From: Pachysolen tannophilus NRRL Y-2460
Taxonomy: Eukaryota
Assembly: GCA_001661245.1 (NCBI GenBank)
Contig: KV454013.1
Coordinates: 145,005-209,004, forward strand
DNA length: 64,000 nt
Direction: 5' to 3'
The position numbers and the translations under genes are program-made. The notes beneath the pieces were generated by a model that saw only the letters and a program-made list of their open reading frames with translations, was not told the DNA's origin and searched no databases. Positions 1-10,361 of this stretch are shown in pieces. Within the stretch, counting starts at the first letter, position 1. Each line of letters starts with the position of its first letter.

Positions 1-509
1 CGAACTTTTAACTTTTTTTTTTTACTTAAATTATTATTATTATTATTCTTATCTTCGGTTGTGTCGTTTTTTATATAGTTTGCATTTTAAATATCTTTTT
101 GGAGTTTTTATAATGAATAAATGTAGATATTTCAGGAAATTACTATATTAGGAATTCTAAAGAAGAAACAATCAAATGCTTACCAATTAGGAAATTTATT
201 TCTCAATTGAGAATGTTTCCACTTTAAGTATATTTGACCGTTGCTATTGTTTTATTCTGTCAAGACTGGGTTTTACACTTTAAATGTTAATGTTTTGAGG
301 TAATTTTCAGAATTTGTAAATTTTTCACACAAAAAAAAAAAAAAAAAAAAAATTTTTTTGAAAAATTTTTCAGTTCTTTTAGCCTTGGAAAGGTAAACTT
401 TGTGAAAAATTCAAAAAAAAAAGCATTATTTAAATATACTTTATTTTTCTATATTTTTAATATTCTATAAATTAATTCATTAGATAAAAATAAAATATAT
501 ATATAGACA

Positions 510-1679
510 ATGTCTCACAGAAAGTTCGAAGCTCCACGTCACGGTTCTTTAGGTTTCTTACCAAGAAAGAGATCTGCTAAGCAAAGAGGTAGATGTAAGT
601 CATTTCCAAAAGATGTTAAATCAAAACCAGTTGCTTTAACTGCATTTTTGGGTTACAAGGCCGGTATGTCAACCATTGTTCGTGATTTAGATCGTCCAGG
701 TTCTAAGATGCACAAGCGTGAAGTTGTTGAAGCTGTCACAGTTGTTGATACTCCACCAATGGTTGTTGTTGGTGTTGTTGGTTACGTTGAAACTCCAAGA
801 GGTTTACGTTCATTGACAACAGTTTGGGCTGAACATTTATCTGATGAAGTCAAGAGAAGATTTTATAAAAACTGGTATAAATCCAAGAAGAAGGCTTTTA
901 CCAAATATTCTGCTAAATATGCTCAAAGTGCTACTGAAGTTGAACGTGAATTAGCAAGAATTAAGAAATATGCTACAGTTGTTAGAGTCTTGGCTCATAC
1001 TCAAATTAGAAAAACTCCATTATCTCAAAAGAAGGCTCATTTAGCTGAAATTCAAATTAATGGTGGTTCTATCTCTGAAAAAGTTGATTGGGCTGGAGAA
1101 CATTTTGAAAAAACTGTTTCAGTTGACAGTGTTTTTGAACAAAATGAAATGATTGATGCTATTGCCGTCACTAAAGGTCATGGTTTTGAAGGTGTTACTG
1201 CCAGATGGGGTACCAAGAAATTACCAAGAAAGACCCATAGAGGTTTAAGAAAAGTTGCTTGTATTGGTGCTTGGCATCCAGCTCATGTCCAATGGACTGT
1301 TGCTCGTGCTGGTCAAAGAGGTTACCACCACAGAACTTCTATCAACCACAAAGTTTACAGAGTTGGTAAAGGTGATGATGAAGCTAATGCCGCCACTGAA
1401 TTTGACAGAACCAAGAAAACCATTACTCCATTGGGTGGATTTGTCAGATACGGTGAAGTTAAGAATGATTTCGTTGTCTTAAAAGGTTCTATTCCAGGTC
1501 CAGTTAAACGTGTTATTACTTTAAGAAAATCATTATACACTCATACTTCAAGAAGAGCTTTGGAAGAAGTTAACTTGAAATGGATCGATACTGCATCTAA
1601 ATTCGGTAAAGGTAGATTCCAAACCCCAGCTGAAAAGCACGCTTTCTTGGGTACTTTAAAGAAAGATTTGGAAAACTAA
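510..1679 (+). CDS. RPL3: 60S ribosomal protein L3 (uL3)
   Basis: [22 protein letters not shown]-terminus and [24 protein letters not shown] motif; 389 aa; strongly biased codon usage. Confidence 0.99.
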   Translation: MSHRKFEAPRHGSLGFLPRKRSAKQRGRCKSFPKDVKSKPVALTAFLGYKAGMSTIVRDLDRPGSKMHKREVVEAVTVVDTPPMVVVGVVGYVETPRGLRSLTTVWAEHLSDEVKRRFYKNWYKSKKKAFTKYSAKYAQSATEVERELARIKKYATVVRVLAHTQIRKTPLSQKKAHLAEIQINGGSISEKVDWAGEHFEKTVSVDSVFEQNEMIDAIAVTKGHGFEGVTARWGTKKLPRKTHRGLRKVACIGAWHPAHVQWTVARAGQRGYHHRTSINHKVYRVGKGDDEANAATEFDRTKKTITPLGGFVRYGEVKNDFVVLKGSIPGPVKRVITLRKSLYTHTSRRALEEVNLKWIDTASKFGKGRFQTPAEKHAFLGTLKKDLEN

Positions 1680-3111
1680 GTTAATTGAAAACAAATTACC
1701 CTTTCTTTTTTTTTTCAATTATTATTATTAACTTTATTCTATTAATAAAGTTTATCGTTTTCTTTTTTTTTTTTTTTTTTTTTTTTTCCTTTCTTCAAAA
1801 TAATAGAATCAAAGTATTTATTTTTTTGACTTGACTGTAGATATAAAGAATTATGGCCTCAACAAGTAAAGTATTGAAGTATCAAAAACAGCAGAAGTAA
1901 TGCTCTGCACGTACAAAAAAAAAAAATAAAAAGAAATATTAATGAAAACGGAAAAACCCTATGTACTTAAAACTGCATACAATCACGCTATGTTTTTATT
2001 TAATACAGTAAATGAGTGAGTAAAAAGAGTGAATGTGTGAGTGGTTGCTCCACCAAAACAATTTGCCCTGACCATAAAATTTGATATTATCAATCACAGT
2101 TTAGGTTCAAGCTGCTTTTAAACTTTTCTTCTATTTCTACATCTACTTGAATTAGAGTTAAGCTTTAAAAATAAATACTACTACAATCAATTTTATCATG
2201 TTTATCCGAGTAACACTTGATCTAGTCCAACGACAACGACATTTAATTTGTAATAGAATATGAGACGTAATATCAAACATACACAACTCAAGGTTTAAAC
2301 GAATGATTCAAACCAACAAAGAATAATAGATTTTTTTTTTTTTTATCAAAAACTGCTCGACGAATACTTGGCAGTTTAAAGTATGAAATTTCTTTTTCCT
2401 TAAAGTTCAAAAATAAAAAAAAAACAAAAAAAAATTAATTAATTAATTAACTAATGAAACTACCGGAAGGCAATATATTATCACCATATTTAAAACATCA
2501 ACTTCTTTAACATTAAAAAATAATATCTTATAATAAAGACTTTTTTTTTTTTTTTTATTCTTTCTTTATGAATTGCTAAATCATTTCACTTACTTGTAGT
2601 CTGTGCTTAGTAGTAGGTAACTTGAGTCCTCAAATAGTTCAAAATGCAACATTGCCAAAAGAAACTATAATAAATCTGTTACACTGCATATTCTACATAT
2701 GCATGATGTTGTTGTATATCATTCTTTTCATGATAAACCGTAAGAGAAATTATATTAATTCCTTCTCCAAATTAATAGAATTTTTTTTAAAAATAAAAAA
2801 TGTCAGGGAATATTTAATTGTTAGTTAAAAAGAGTTTTCTGGTAAATAAGTAAACGGCAAATTAAATTTATTTTACTTCAAATTAAATTCATTAGTGATT
2901 TTATATATAAATATATACAAAAAGTACCCTCATCTTAAAATAAAAAAAAAAAAAAGAAAAAGAAAATATAGATCTTATTAATGTATTTTAATTTAAACCA
3001 CAGGAATTAAGAAAAGGCGTCCAGTTTTCTTTAAATAATATTTATTTTATAATATAAATTTATTATATTCGTTATATAAAAAAAGAAGAAAAAAAAAAAC
3101 ACAGAAACAGA

Positions 3112-4104
3112 ATGTCACTGAGTAGTAGGTACAATTACTATAAAGTTGCTTCTGAAAAATTATTATATGATGATTGTTTTATATCTAAATATAAGATGTT
3201 CAAATGTTTAGCACCATCGATACCAGTAATAGGTGGTAGTAATAATAGTGGGAATAATGTATCTAGAAGAAGAAGTTGTAATGATACTATTATTCATAAT
3301 GTTGATTATTTTTCATTTGATTTGACGGAACAGCAGTTGTATAAATGTTGGAGAATTATTCATCGTAGTAATTCGATGACAGATATTAAACGTTTGAATA
3401 AATTGGATAATGATAAGTATAATTTATATAATAGAGTTGAAGATATAATGCTTTTAATTCCATCAACTTCTACAAAAAGATTAGAAAATGCTTCATGGAG
3501 AGCATGGACAAAGAGTAAATTTCATTTAAAAGAATTAGACCCAGCATCGTTAAATTGGTGTAAAGAAAATGATATCACTTGGTTATATGGTCCATTGATA
3601 AATGATGATGAAGATGAAAAGGGACAAGAATTCGAACTTTCAGGATCGGGATCAAGATCAAAATCAGAATCAGCATTAGCATCAACTTCTCTTTCAACTT
3701 CTCAGCAGGATTTGGAATTACAAAGATTAAGTTCTTCAGATTCATTATCTTCAACAACTTCAAGTAATTCATGTGGATCTTTCCTATCTTCAAGTACATC
3801 AGTAAGTTCTGATTTATTGGTTCCATTCCATAATTCTGTATCTCCAGTGAAACCAATTTTAAAACATAAAGAAAATATATTACTTGGAACAGATGTTAAT
3901 ACAATTACTGATAGAACTAGAAAATTAAGTTTTGATGAATTATACAATCTTGATAATGGTCATTGTGAAAATCAATCCAAGAAAAGAGTAAGCTTTAACG
4001 AAGTCATGGAAAAAAGGGAAATAATAGGTAATCAAATCTACGATTACGATTTACAATTTGTTGATAATGAGAGGATTGGTTACGGTAATTATCAAAATAT
4101 TTAA
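3112..4104 (+). CDS. REG1/REG2-like protein phosphatase 1 regulatory subunit (DUF1752-type domain)
   Basis: RLENASWRAW...LNWCKENDITWLYGPL block typical of the Reg1 family; KPILKH and RVxF PP1-docking motif KKRVSF; short length more like Reg2. Confidence 0.75.
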   Translation: MSLSSRYNYYKVASEKLLYDDCFISKYKMFKCLAPSIPVIGGSNNSGNNVSRRRSCNDTIIHNVDYFSFDLTEQQLYKCWRIIHRSNSMTDIKRLNKLDNDKYNLYNRVEDIMLLIPSTSTKRLENASWRAWTKSKFHLKELDPASLNWCKENDITWLYGPLINDDEDEKGQEFELSGSGSRSKSESALASTSLSTSQQDLELQRLSSSDSLSSTTSSNSCGSFLSSSTSVSSDLLVPFHNSVSPVKPILKHKENILLGTDVNTITDRTRKLSFDELYNLDNGHCENQSKKRVSFNEVMEKREIIGNQIYDYDLQFVDNERIGYGNYQNI

Positions 4105-5363
4105 TAACGAATAGTTTTTTTTTTTTTTTATTCTTTTTGTATTTATAGTATTTATATTAAAACTGCAGTGAGTATTTTTACTTTTTTTTTTTTCTTTTTT
4201 ATTATTATTTGGCTTTTTTTCTTTTCATTTTTACTGATGAGGTTTACGAGGTTACGCTTTGCTATTTTCCATTTTTTTTTTTTTACTATTTACAAGTCAT
4301 TTCATCATGCATCTTTTTCTAAATGTCATTATTGTTATTTATTTACTATTAATAAAAGTTTTTTTTAAAAAAAGAGATGGCTCTATGGGGTTTCAATTTC
4401 CAAAAAAACAAAAAAACAAAAAAAATTATTGTAGCTTGCTGGGTTGATTAACTGGTGTCATTTTGAACAGATATCTGATTGTTTGTTGCAAAAATTTTCA
4501 ATATATTAAAGTTTTCGTTAGGCGCAAACTTTTACCATGTTTAAAATAAAGCGGTTACAATGTACTTACTTAACTTACGTTAATACTAATTTTGCTTTTT
4601 TTAAAAAAAAAAAAAAAATCAAAACCTTTAAACATCAAAATGTATACATCAAATTAACTTTGTCATAGAGTTGAGCAAAGAAAAAAAAATTCCCATGAAT
4701 ACTTTCTTATGAATTTGCTTTCTTTTTTTTTTGGCTTGGGTTAATTGAAATCATGAGAGATGGTGAGGAGAACACAGAAGCTCCTGCCGCTTTAGAATGC
4801 AACATTATGCATGGAAAATGTGTACATGCACGCAGTCACACACAAATACCCACGCATCATCACGCATCATCACGCATCCTGAAGCGTAATTACGCATAAC
4901 TACGCGTATAACTCTATACTGTAATTAGCGAAGGGCGTGACATGTTTAGGCGGATAGGAGAGTAATTACTTAGGAGTAATTACTTATTATTATAATAAGA
5001 GTACACAAAATATTAAAATAAAAATAATCCGAATGAATATTTTTTTATTAGAAAGCTCTGTTCAAATTTAAATAATTAGCATAAATAAGTATGTAGGGTC
5101 TGATCTATATGGGTGAATAATTATTTAAAAAAAAAAAAAGTAGGGTTGTTATTCTTTTCTTGATAGATCAAGTTTACAAATTGTTGTAAGTTGCTACAGA
5201 GTTGAGACTTAATCTCTGAAAAAATTATTATATGTAAACTTTAATAATTAAAGGTTAATGGTAAATGCTAAAGGGGTGGGTAAAAGAAAAAACACACTTG
5301 AATCTTTTATCTTTTATCACACCACGAGATAAATAAATGAATAAATATCTTAAAAAAATTATA

Positions 5364-6362
5364 TTATTCAAATATATTTAATAATTTTTCCACTGTATCT
5401 TGAATTTGTTCTATTTGTATATCCTGGTTGGTTTGTAATTTTTTCCTAAATGAGAATAGAGTACATTTATAAGTATTATAGAATAAATCTTTATAATCTA
5501 TATTATTATTTGTTATTCCACGTAATCTTAATTCACTTAATATAATATTTTGTAAATTTTTTTTAAAACTTGGTAAATCTATTTTTTTCAAATTAAAACT
5601 TTTATTTTTAGATTCAATTTGATTATTTTGTTTTTGTTGTTTTTGAATTGATTCAAATGAATCATCTAGAGATTTTGCAGATGAAGTTGAAGTTGTTGTT
5701 AAAACCAGTTTTTTCTTTTTTTTCTCCAAGAATTTATCCAATGGATCAATAATCTTTATATTGATATCATTTTCAATAAATATACATGAATCAAGTGGTT
5801 GTTGTTGATGATGATTTTTTTTAATATTTTTTAATTTTTTTTTCAAAAAATTTGTTAAATATAATGGTAATGCTTGAATTTTAATTTTATTTTCATGATA
5901 TCGTACCATAAATAATAAATAAAAATCATTTTTATCAATTTCATCATTTAAAATTTCAAAATTTTTTTCTTTATTAAAATTTTCATTATCAATTTTTTCA
6001 ATTGTAGTTATGCATTTAGATAATAAACCAATCTTACCATAATATCTTTTATTATTATTATCAATATCACTTAATTTAACAATTTTTTTGAAAAAATCCA
6101 AAGTTTTTTCATTCTCAGTAAACACATCAAATGGTTTACTTAATACAAAATAAATAGGAATTGAACTAATTTCAATAAATGATTCTATTTGAAATATAGA
6201 AATAGATTGGAAAAATTTCGATAATGAATTTATTGATTTTATAGAAACCGTTGATTTATCCTTAAACAATTGCACATCATCAACATTATCAAACCCTGAA
6301 AGCAACCCCAACCCACTCCCATTAACTAAAGATACACTGCTAACATACTCATACCCACTCAT
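5364..6362 (-). CDS. SLD7: Sld7-like replication initiation factor
   Basis: C-terminal ILSELRLRGI...YKDLFYNTYKCTLFSFRK...TVEKLLNIF resembles the Sld7 C-terminal domain. Confidence 0.7.
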   Translation of the reverse strand: MSGYEYVSSVSLVNGSGLGLLSGFDNVDDVQLFKDKSTVSIKSINSLSKFFQSISIFQIESFIEISSIPIYFVLSKPFDVFTENEKTLDFFKKIVKLSDIDNNNKRYYGKIGLLSKCITTIEKIDNENFNKEKNFEILNDEIDKNDFYLLFMVRYHENKIKIQALPLYLTNFLKKKLKNIKKNHHQQQPLDSCIFIENDINIKIIDPLDKFLEKKKKKLVLTTTSTSSAKSLDDSFESIQKQQKQNNQIESKNKSFNLKKIDLPSFKKNLQNIILSELRLRGITNNNIDYKDLFYNTYKCTLFSFRKKLQTNQDIQIEQIQDTVEKLLNIFE

Positions 6363-6490
6363 GGTCTCATCTCAGAAATCATAAATTAAAACAATTCTAA
6401 TATGAAATCTTACTCATTTTCATTTATTTCAGTTAAATTGAACTAAACTTGGTCGTGAGCGCCAGATCAAATTTGATCAAAAATTTTTTT

Positions 6491-6540
<50 letters not shown>

Positions 6541-6680
6541 GGTGTTTGTGCAAGAGCGGTTAAGATATTGGAAAGAAAGATAATAAAATAATAAATTTGA
6601 TTAAAATAAATCTTTTCTTTATCTGTTGTTGGTGTGAAGTGTTTTTTTTTTGTTGTTCAAAGATAGTTGGTAGTATTGTG

Positions 6681-6682
<2 letters not shown>

Positions 6683-6712
<30 letters not shown>
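6683..6712. repeat. (AT)n microsatellite in the SLD7/CKA2 divergent promoter
   Basis: Uninterrupted AT repeat; a long poly-A tract lies nearby at about 6501-6536. Confidence 0.9.
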
Positions 6713-6714
<2 letters not shown>

Positions 6715-7013
6715 AAGAAAGAGTTAATAGGAAAAAATCTGGTTTATTTTAATAGATTTGTTTCAAGGTGATTTTATTAAGTAATAAAAATAATATTTTT
6801 TCATTGATAAGGAAATTTACTTGTTAACACAAAAGATTTTGGTATTGAAAAAAAAATATACAAGAGAATTTATTTATATATTGTGTGGGGATAAGAAGAA
6901 AAATAATCAAGTTTGGATTTGTTATTTTTAAAGATAGATTGGAATTCGATAATTGAAATTTTGTTGGGGGGTTTTTTTTTAATTGATTAATAATAATAAT
7001 TATAATAATAATA

Positions 7014-8015
7014 ATGTCGTCAGTTAGAAGTTCAGATAAAAATGTTTACTCTATTTCTAGAGTTTATGCTGATGCAAATGAAATTAGACCAAGGGAATAT
7101 TGGGATTATGAAAATTATACAATACATTGGGGGAATATTTCTGATTATGAGATTCTTTCTAAGATTGGTAGAGGTAAATATTCAGAAGTTTTCACTGGAG
7201 TTAATATTTTAAATAATAAAGAATGTGTTATTAAAGTTTTAAAACCTGTTAAATTTAAAAAAATTTATAGAGAAATTAAAATTTTAAAAAATTTAACTGG
7301 AGGACCAAGTATTATAAAATTATATGATTTAATTCAAGATCAAAATTCAAAAATTCCAGCATTAATTTTTGAAAAAGTCAATAATATTGATTTTAGAGTT
7401 TTATATCCAAAATTTACAACAGAAGATATTAAATTTTATTTTACTCAATTACTTTCAGCATTAGATTATTCACATTCAATGGGAATTATACATAGAGATG
7501 TTAAACCTCAAAATATAATGATTGATCCAAAGACAAGAACTTTAAAATTAATTGATTGGGGTTTAGCTGAATTTTATCATCCAGGTGTGGATTTTAATGT
7601 TAGAGTTGCTTCAAGGTATCATAAAGGACCAGAATTATTGATTGGTCTTCAACAATATGATTATTCATTAGATTTATGGTCAGTTGGTGCTATGATTGCT
7701 GCAATAATATTGAAAAAAGAACCATTTTTCAGAGGAGATTCAAATAATGATCAATTAGTTAAAATTGCTAAAGTATTAGGAACAGAAGATTTAATGAAAT
7801 ATTGTCAAAAATATAATATTCAATTAAGTTCTGAATATGATGATATCTTGGGTAATTATCCAAGAAAACCTTGGAATGCATTCATTAATGATAGTAACAG
7901 AGCATTAGCAAGTAATCCAAAGGCTATTGATTTAATTGATAAATTAGTAAGATATGATCATCAGGAAAGATTAACAGCAAAAGAAGCAATGGATCATGAA
8001 TTTTTTAAAGATTAA
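7014..8015 (+). CDS. CKA2: Casein kinase II catalytic subunit alpha'
   Basis: [17 protein letters not shown] and DWGLAE motifs; [13 protein letters not shown] is the Cka2-type variant. Confidence 0.95.
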   Translation: MSSVRSSDKNVYSISRVYADANEIRPREYWDYENYTIHWGNISDYEILSKIGRGKYSEVFTGVNILNNKECVIKVLKPVKFKKIYREIKILKNLTGGPSIIKLYDLIQDQNSKIPALIFEKVNNIDFRVLYPKFTTEDIKFYFTQLLSALDYSHSMGIIHRDVKPQNIMIDPKTRTLKLIDWGLAEFYHPGVDFNVRVASRYHKGPELLIGLQQYDYSLDLWSVGAMIAAIILKKEPFFRGDSNNDQLVKIAKVLGTEDLMKYCQKYNIQLSSEYDDILGNYPRKPWNAFINDSNRALASNPKAIDLIDKLVRYDHQERLTAKEAMDHEFFKD

Positions 8016-8597
8016 AAACAATAATGTTTTTAACACCCAACAAGCTCAATTACTTACTTACCTCTCATTTTTTTTTTTTTTTTATTCTTATTTAATCTTT
8101 TTATCTTCTTCTCTTGAAAAAAATATTCTTCATCTTTATTTGCTTGTTGTATAATTATGTATTTATCTTCTGACATGCCTATTTTTTTTTTTTTTATTCT
8201 TTTTTATTATTATTTTCATTTTTCAATTTCCTCTTTCTTAATTATTTACTATGGTTTGAGCTTTTTCTTTATTTTTTCATTTTTAATTACTTGTTTTCAA
8301 GCATTTTCCTCTTGAAGTTTCTTCTATCCTTTTCTTATTTTTTGCTTTTCATCTTTTATCGATGCATAGATAGATATATATTTCGTCATAAACCAATAAG
8401 AGTGTATTGGGAACTTTATCTAATTTATTATGTTCGTTGTAAAAATGAAGCGATTTGTCGTTTACACTTTAATCATTGAATTAAGCCGACGAACATAGTT
8501 TTAATATTTATATTTGAAAACTATTAATATTACCAATTATCAATATAATCAGATTTTTTATTTTGAATCAATATCTTCTTATCTGGTATTAGATGTT

Positions 8598-10169
8598 ATG
8601 ATCATGTCAGCAAATGACAGTTTTACTGAAATATCGGAGTTGACGGACTCAATAAATTTAAATGTGTCGCTTTTAACAAATGATAATAATGATGATAATG
8701 ATAATGAACCAAGTCCATCTGTTAAACAGCTGGAACTTGATGAAGATGAGGGAATAGAAGATGGTTATGATTATATTGAAGAGTGGAGTTTAAATTCTTC
8801 TAAACTGTTAGATTTAACTGTGTTATCCTATATTGACCGGTTTGAACATTTAAACTGTCCCGTATGTCAACTACCATTTTTAGATCCTTATACAACAAAA
8901 TGCGGTCATACTTTTTGTAAAGAATGTATAAAAGAGTGTTTAGGTTCAACCAATTCTAGGTGTCCATTGGATAGAACAACACTAGATCCTTTCAATGTGA
9001 ATGATTTATTTCAACTGCCAATAATTATTAAAAATTTAACTGATGAATTAAAAGTTAAATGTTTAAATGATAAAAGAGGTTGTAATTGGATTGGATCTAG
9101 ATGGGAAGTTAAAACCCATTTGAATAACGAATGTGAATTTACAAGGTTTAAATGTAATGGTAAAGTTAATAATAATAATAATAATGAAAGTGGAAATGAT
9201 AAAGTCATATGTGGGAAATTAACGGAGAAAAGATTTTTAGTTAATAATAATAATAATGATGATGATGATGATGATGATGATGAATGTATTCATAAATTAT
9301 ATCCTTGTCCTAATGATTGTGGCTTTCAAATTACCAAGATAACTGAGCAGAGACATTTGGATAATGAATGTGAACAAAATTTTAAAACTTGTGGTGGATG
9401 TCATTTAAAATTCCCATCAAAAGATTTTATAAAACATGAAGAGTTTTGTGAGAAATTTTATATCAAATGTAATGGTCATAAATATGGTTGTGATTGGAAA
9501 GGTGATAGATCAAGGTATGAAACAATTCATGAACCTAGTTGTAATTTCTTAAAACTAGCTCCATATTTCGAAAAACAAGAGTCAGATATAAAATCAACTA
9601 AAGATGAAAATAAACTATTAAAATCTCAAATATCTTCGATATTAGATTCTATAGTTCAAGGGAAAGTTGCGAATTTGGGGAACAATTTAAATCTTGAAGA
9701 AATATATTCCTCATCAGCACTATCACTAGCCTTTTCTTCGTCTTCTTCTGCATACTCTTCACAGGCATTTCTCCCATCATTGTCAACTTCAACATCAATA
9801 GACGAATGTATAAAGTTATTAAATATCGAACTGGAAACTTTAAAACTGAATTTAGAAAAATTCCAAAGGCTGGAACAAAATTTCGAAAATAACTTGACTT
9901 TAATTGACAATTTCATAAACGAAAATCTAAGGATAAAGGAAGAATTAGGCGTCCAGAAAAATGTCATTAATAGTTTAAGGCAACAATTGCAATTCTTAAT
10001 GATGGAAAGAAGAAGAAATAATTTTGCTACAGGGTATGGAAACGGCTATGGAAACGCAAACACAAACACAAACGGTAATCGTAGTAATACTTATAATCGT
10101 ACGAGCTATAGCGATGACGAAGGAAACTTCATGGGCAACGGTGGGTTTGGTAATCAAACGAAATTATGA
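8598..10169 (+). CDS. RING-finger plus TRAF-type zinc-finger protein with C-terminal coiled coil (probable E3 ligase)
   Basis: C3HC4 RING CPVC...CGHTFCKEC...CPLD; several CxNxxxGCxW / HLxxEC TRAF-like fingers; first ATG at 8598 (alternative 8604), whereas the ORF track starts at a TTG. Confidence 0.85.
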   Translation: MIMSANDSFTEISELTDSINLNVSLLTNDNNDDNDNEPSPSVKQLELDEDEGIEDGYDYIEEWSLNSSKLLDLTVLSYIDRFEHLNCPVCQLPFLDPYTTKCGHTFCKECIKECLGSTNSRCPLDRTTLDPFNVNDLFQLPIIIKNLTDELKVKCLNDKRGCNWIGSRWEVKTHLNNECEFTRFKCNGKVNNNNNNESGNDKVICGKLTEKRFLVNNNNNDDDDDDDDECIHKLYPCPNDCGFQITKITEQRHLDNECEQNFKTCGGCHLKFPSKDFIKHEEFCEKFYIKCNGHKYGCDWKGDRSRYETIHEPSCNFLKLAPYFEKQESDIKSTKDENKLLKSQISSILDSIVQGKVANLGNNLNLEEIYSSSALSLAFSSSSSAYSSQAFLPSLSTSTSIDECIKLLNIELETLKLNLEKFQRLEQNFENNLTLIDNFINENLRIKEELGVQKNVINSLRQQLQFLMMERRRNNFATGYGNGYGNANTNTNGNRSNTYNRTSYSDDEGNFMGNGGFGNQTKL

Positions 10170-10361
10170 TTTATATTTAGTTAGTTTTATATATATGTAA
10201 TAAACTGGAAATTTGAAGGTAGTGTTTAAGTATGTATGTATATGTTAGAAGGTGAAAACGCGTATTTTCAATCTTTTAATTATTTTTATTTATTTATCAG
10301 TTATTGCGATATTGGCTTTGTAATTGGGAATAGATTCAGCTGGAAGAGGAGATTTTTGAGT

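Noticed and set aside
10155..10169. C-terminal TKL of the RING/TRAF protein as a PTS1 signal
   Set aside because: Non-canonical tripeptide with no basic upstream residues; matrix import is unlikely for this architecture
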